Source: Lama guanicoe (taxonomy: Eukaryota). Taken from it: DNA of 64,000 bases. Positions 62,249-64,000 of this stretch are shown piece by piece; positions within the stretch are counted from its first letter, which is position 1; every line of letters begins with the position of its first letter. A program made the position numbers and the translations under genes. The notes under the pieces are model-generated. The model saw only the letters and a program-made list of their open reading frames with translations. It was not told where the DNA came from and made no database searches. The stretch covers positions 4,987,567 to 5,051,566 of the forward strand of contig MU053629.1 of assembly GCA_013239625.1 (NCBI GenBank), written 5' to 3'.

Positions 62249-64000
62249 ATTGGCTGGGTGGACAAGGGGTGTATTCTTAAGTAATCAGATAGATGTTATA
62301 ACTGACTATGGTATAAAGGACTGTGGTATTTTTTAACATTTAGAAAAATGGTTTATAGACCAGGTTAGTGGAGGGTGGGAAAATGACATGTATGTTTTTT
62401 AAAGGTATATACTTTTCATACCTTCCTTTCCTCCAAACGCCGATTTATCCACCCTCCCCCTCAACATGACTGCTTGCCACCTCATTCCATTATAAAACAC
62501 CAGTCCAGAGAATATGAGAAATTTAGGAAAGTGCATATGCTTCATTTTCCGTTTAAATCACTGGCAGGAGTCTTGTTTTTCTGAAATCTCATTTTAAAAG
62601 TGTTTACAGTTATACTAATAAATATGGTGTTTATATCATTTAACATTTAGATGAAGCATTTATTCATATAAATAAGCACTACAATATAAATCTTGATGTT
62701 CTTATTTATAGAACTAGTTTTGAATTTCATAGTTGAGGTGATCTTTATGTTATTAGAAAATGTTAATCACGTTTTGCTCCTTGCATCTGTTAATTTAATG
62801 GGCAAGCTTTAATTTTTCTTTCCATAACCCCCTGTGCCTCCCTTTTTAGTTTAAATAGTTTTAGGAGTTCCTTTTAAATTGACTTATGCTTTCAAAATTC
62901 AGATTATAGGAAAAACCTCTATATATATAATCCATAATTATAATTCTTCTATGAATTTCTATTTGACCAAAGGGACAGTCCTTTTACGATTATTCTGGAA
63001 CAGCAAGGCAATATATTTTAGGTATGTTTTTACTCTAAAAAGTAAAACTTAGTAATGACAACTCATCTATATATCAAATTTATAGAATAATAAAAAAGAT
63101 TTGTTCCCTTTGAAATATGTAAATATGATGTCTGACTGTGCATTTGAATTGCCCTTGTTATGATATACACAGCTCAAAATAAATGAGTTTCTGTTGTTTG
63201 CGTGCCATTTAGCTAAAGGCAATGGAAATAATTAAAAATGTTTTTGCTCTCTGGGAATTTTTGAGTTCTGATTTATTAAAAATAGAGCTGGAAGAACATT
63301 TGAGAACCTGCCTTGTGAGATACTCCCCAGACCTGTAAACTCAAATACAAATCACTTAGAATTAATAGAAGGAAAAAAAAACACACTCTGTGGAAATTTA
63401 TTCATGAAATATTTATGATGATGATGGTGATGGTGATAAAAAAATTTGTGGAATTCTTAATATCACACCATTGCTTTCTCTTTAGAAGGAAAAAGTACAT
63501 GACATTATTGATGTTTGTAAGGTCCTTTTGATATAAGCTGGTTTGAACTTAAATCTAATTCGGATATTTTCCCTTTTGCCGTATTATCAGTTACGATTAT
63601 GTTATAGTAAGATTCGTCCCATTAGAAAACTTACTTGGGAATTGTTTTCGGTGTTTATTTGCAAATGATGCAAATATCCACCCCATCCTATAAAGGGAAA
63701 GGGGAATTAGTAATTACAAGATGAAGATGTTCAGAGCTAAGCTTCTCTCCTGATACCCAGTTAGAGAAATCAGTGTCCACTTGTGGATAAGTATTTAGAA
63801 TTCAGTGATTATTTTGAAAAATCAGGCATATGAGGATTATCACAGAACAATTACCTTGTGATTCTTTGAAGCAAGGCGTTTGTGTGACAGCTGATAAACA
63901 GTGCATTCTGAATTGTGCTTGCCCTTTCCTATACCTTATCTGTACACATCCTTCCTGTGCCACTCATGCAGCAGTGTTCCTTAAAAACTCTGTAGGTGAA

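Noticed and set aside
1..64000. Prokaryote-type systems (CRISPR arrays, operons, rRNA) or a NUMT
   Set aside because: The sequence is mammalian intron/exon DNA. I found no regularly spaced repeats, rRNA or mitochondrial gene similarity.

Overview
AT-rich mammalian genomic DNA, probably from a camelid because it carries several tRNA-Ala-derived vic-1-type SINEs. The whole window lies inside the PIAS1 gene on the + strand. It covers the distal ~36.7 kb of a large phase-1 intron, then six internal coding exons (36700-57897) encoding the PINIT domain and the start of the SP-RING; these match human exons 3-8 by recalled numbering. The introns are dense with L1, L2, MIR, SINE, MaLR and hAT relics and hold a full-length RPL35A processed pseudogene. 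Nearly all ORFs in the supplied track are repeat-derived or chance. Three things are not explained by these features. (1) A repeat-free antisense segment (~18.3-19.4 kb) has a CATAAA box and three exon-like blocks joined by canonical GT-AG introns, possibly a decayed nested gene or lncRNA. (2) A cluster of candidate poison/recursive-splicing exons lies at 1.5-2.4 kb. (3) A ~0.45 kb unclassified segment at 29.65-30.1 kb retains CpGs and looks coding-like. Repeat subfamily names and boundaries were read by eye and are approximate; no database searches were run.
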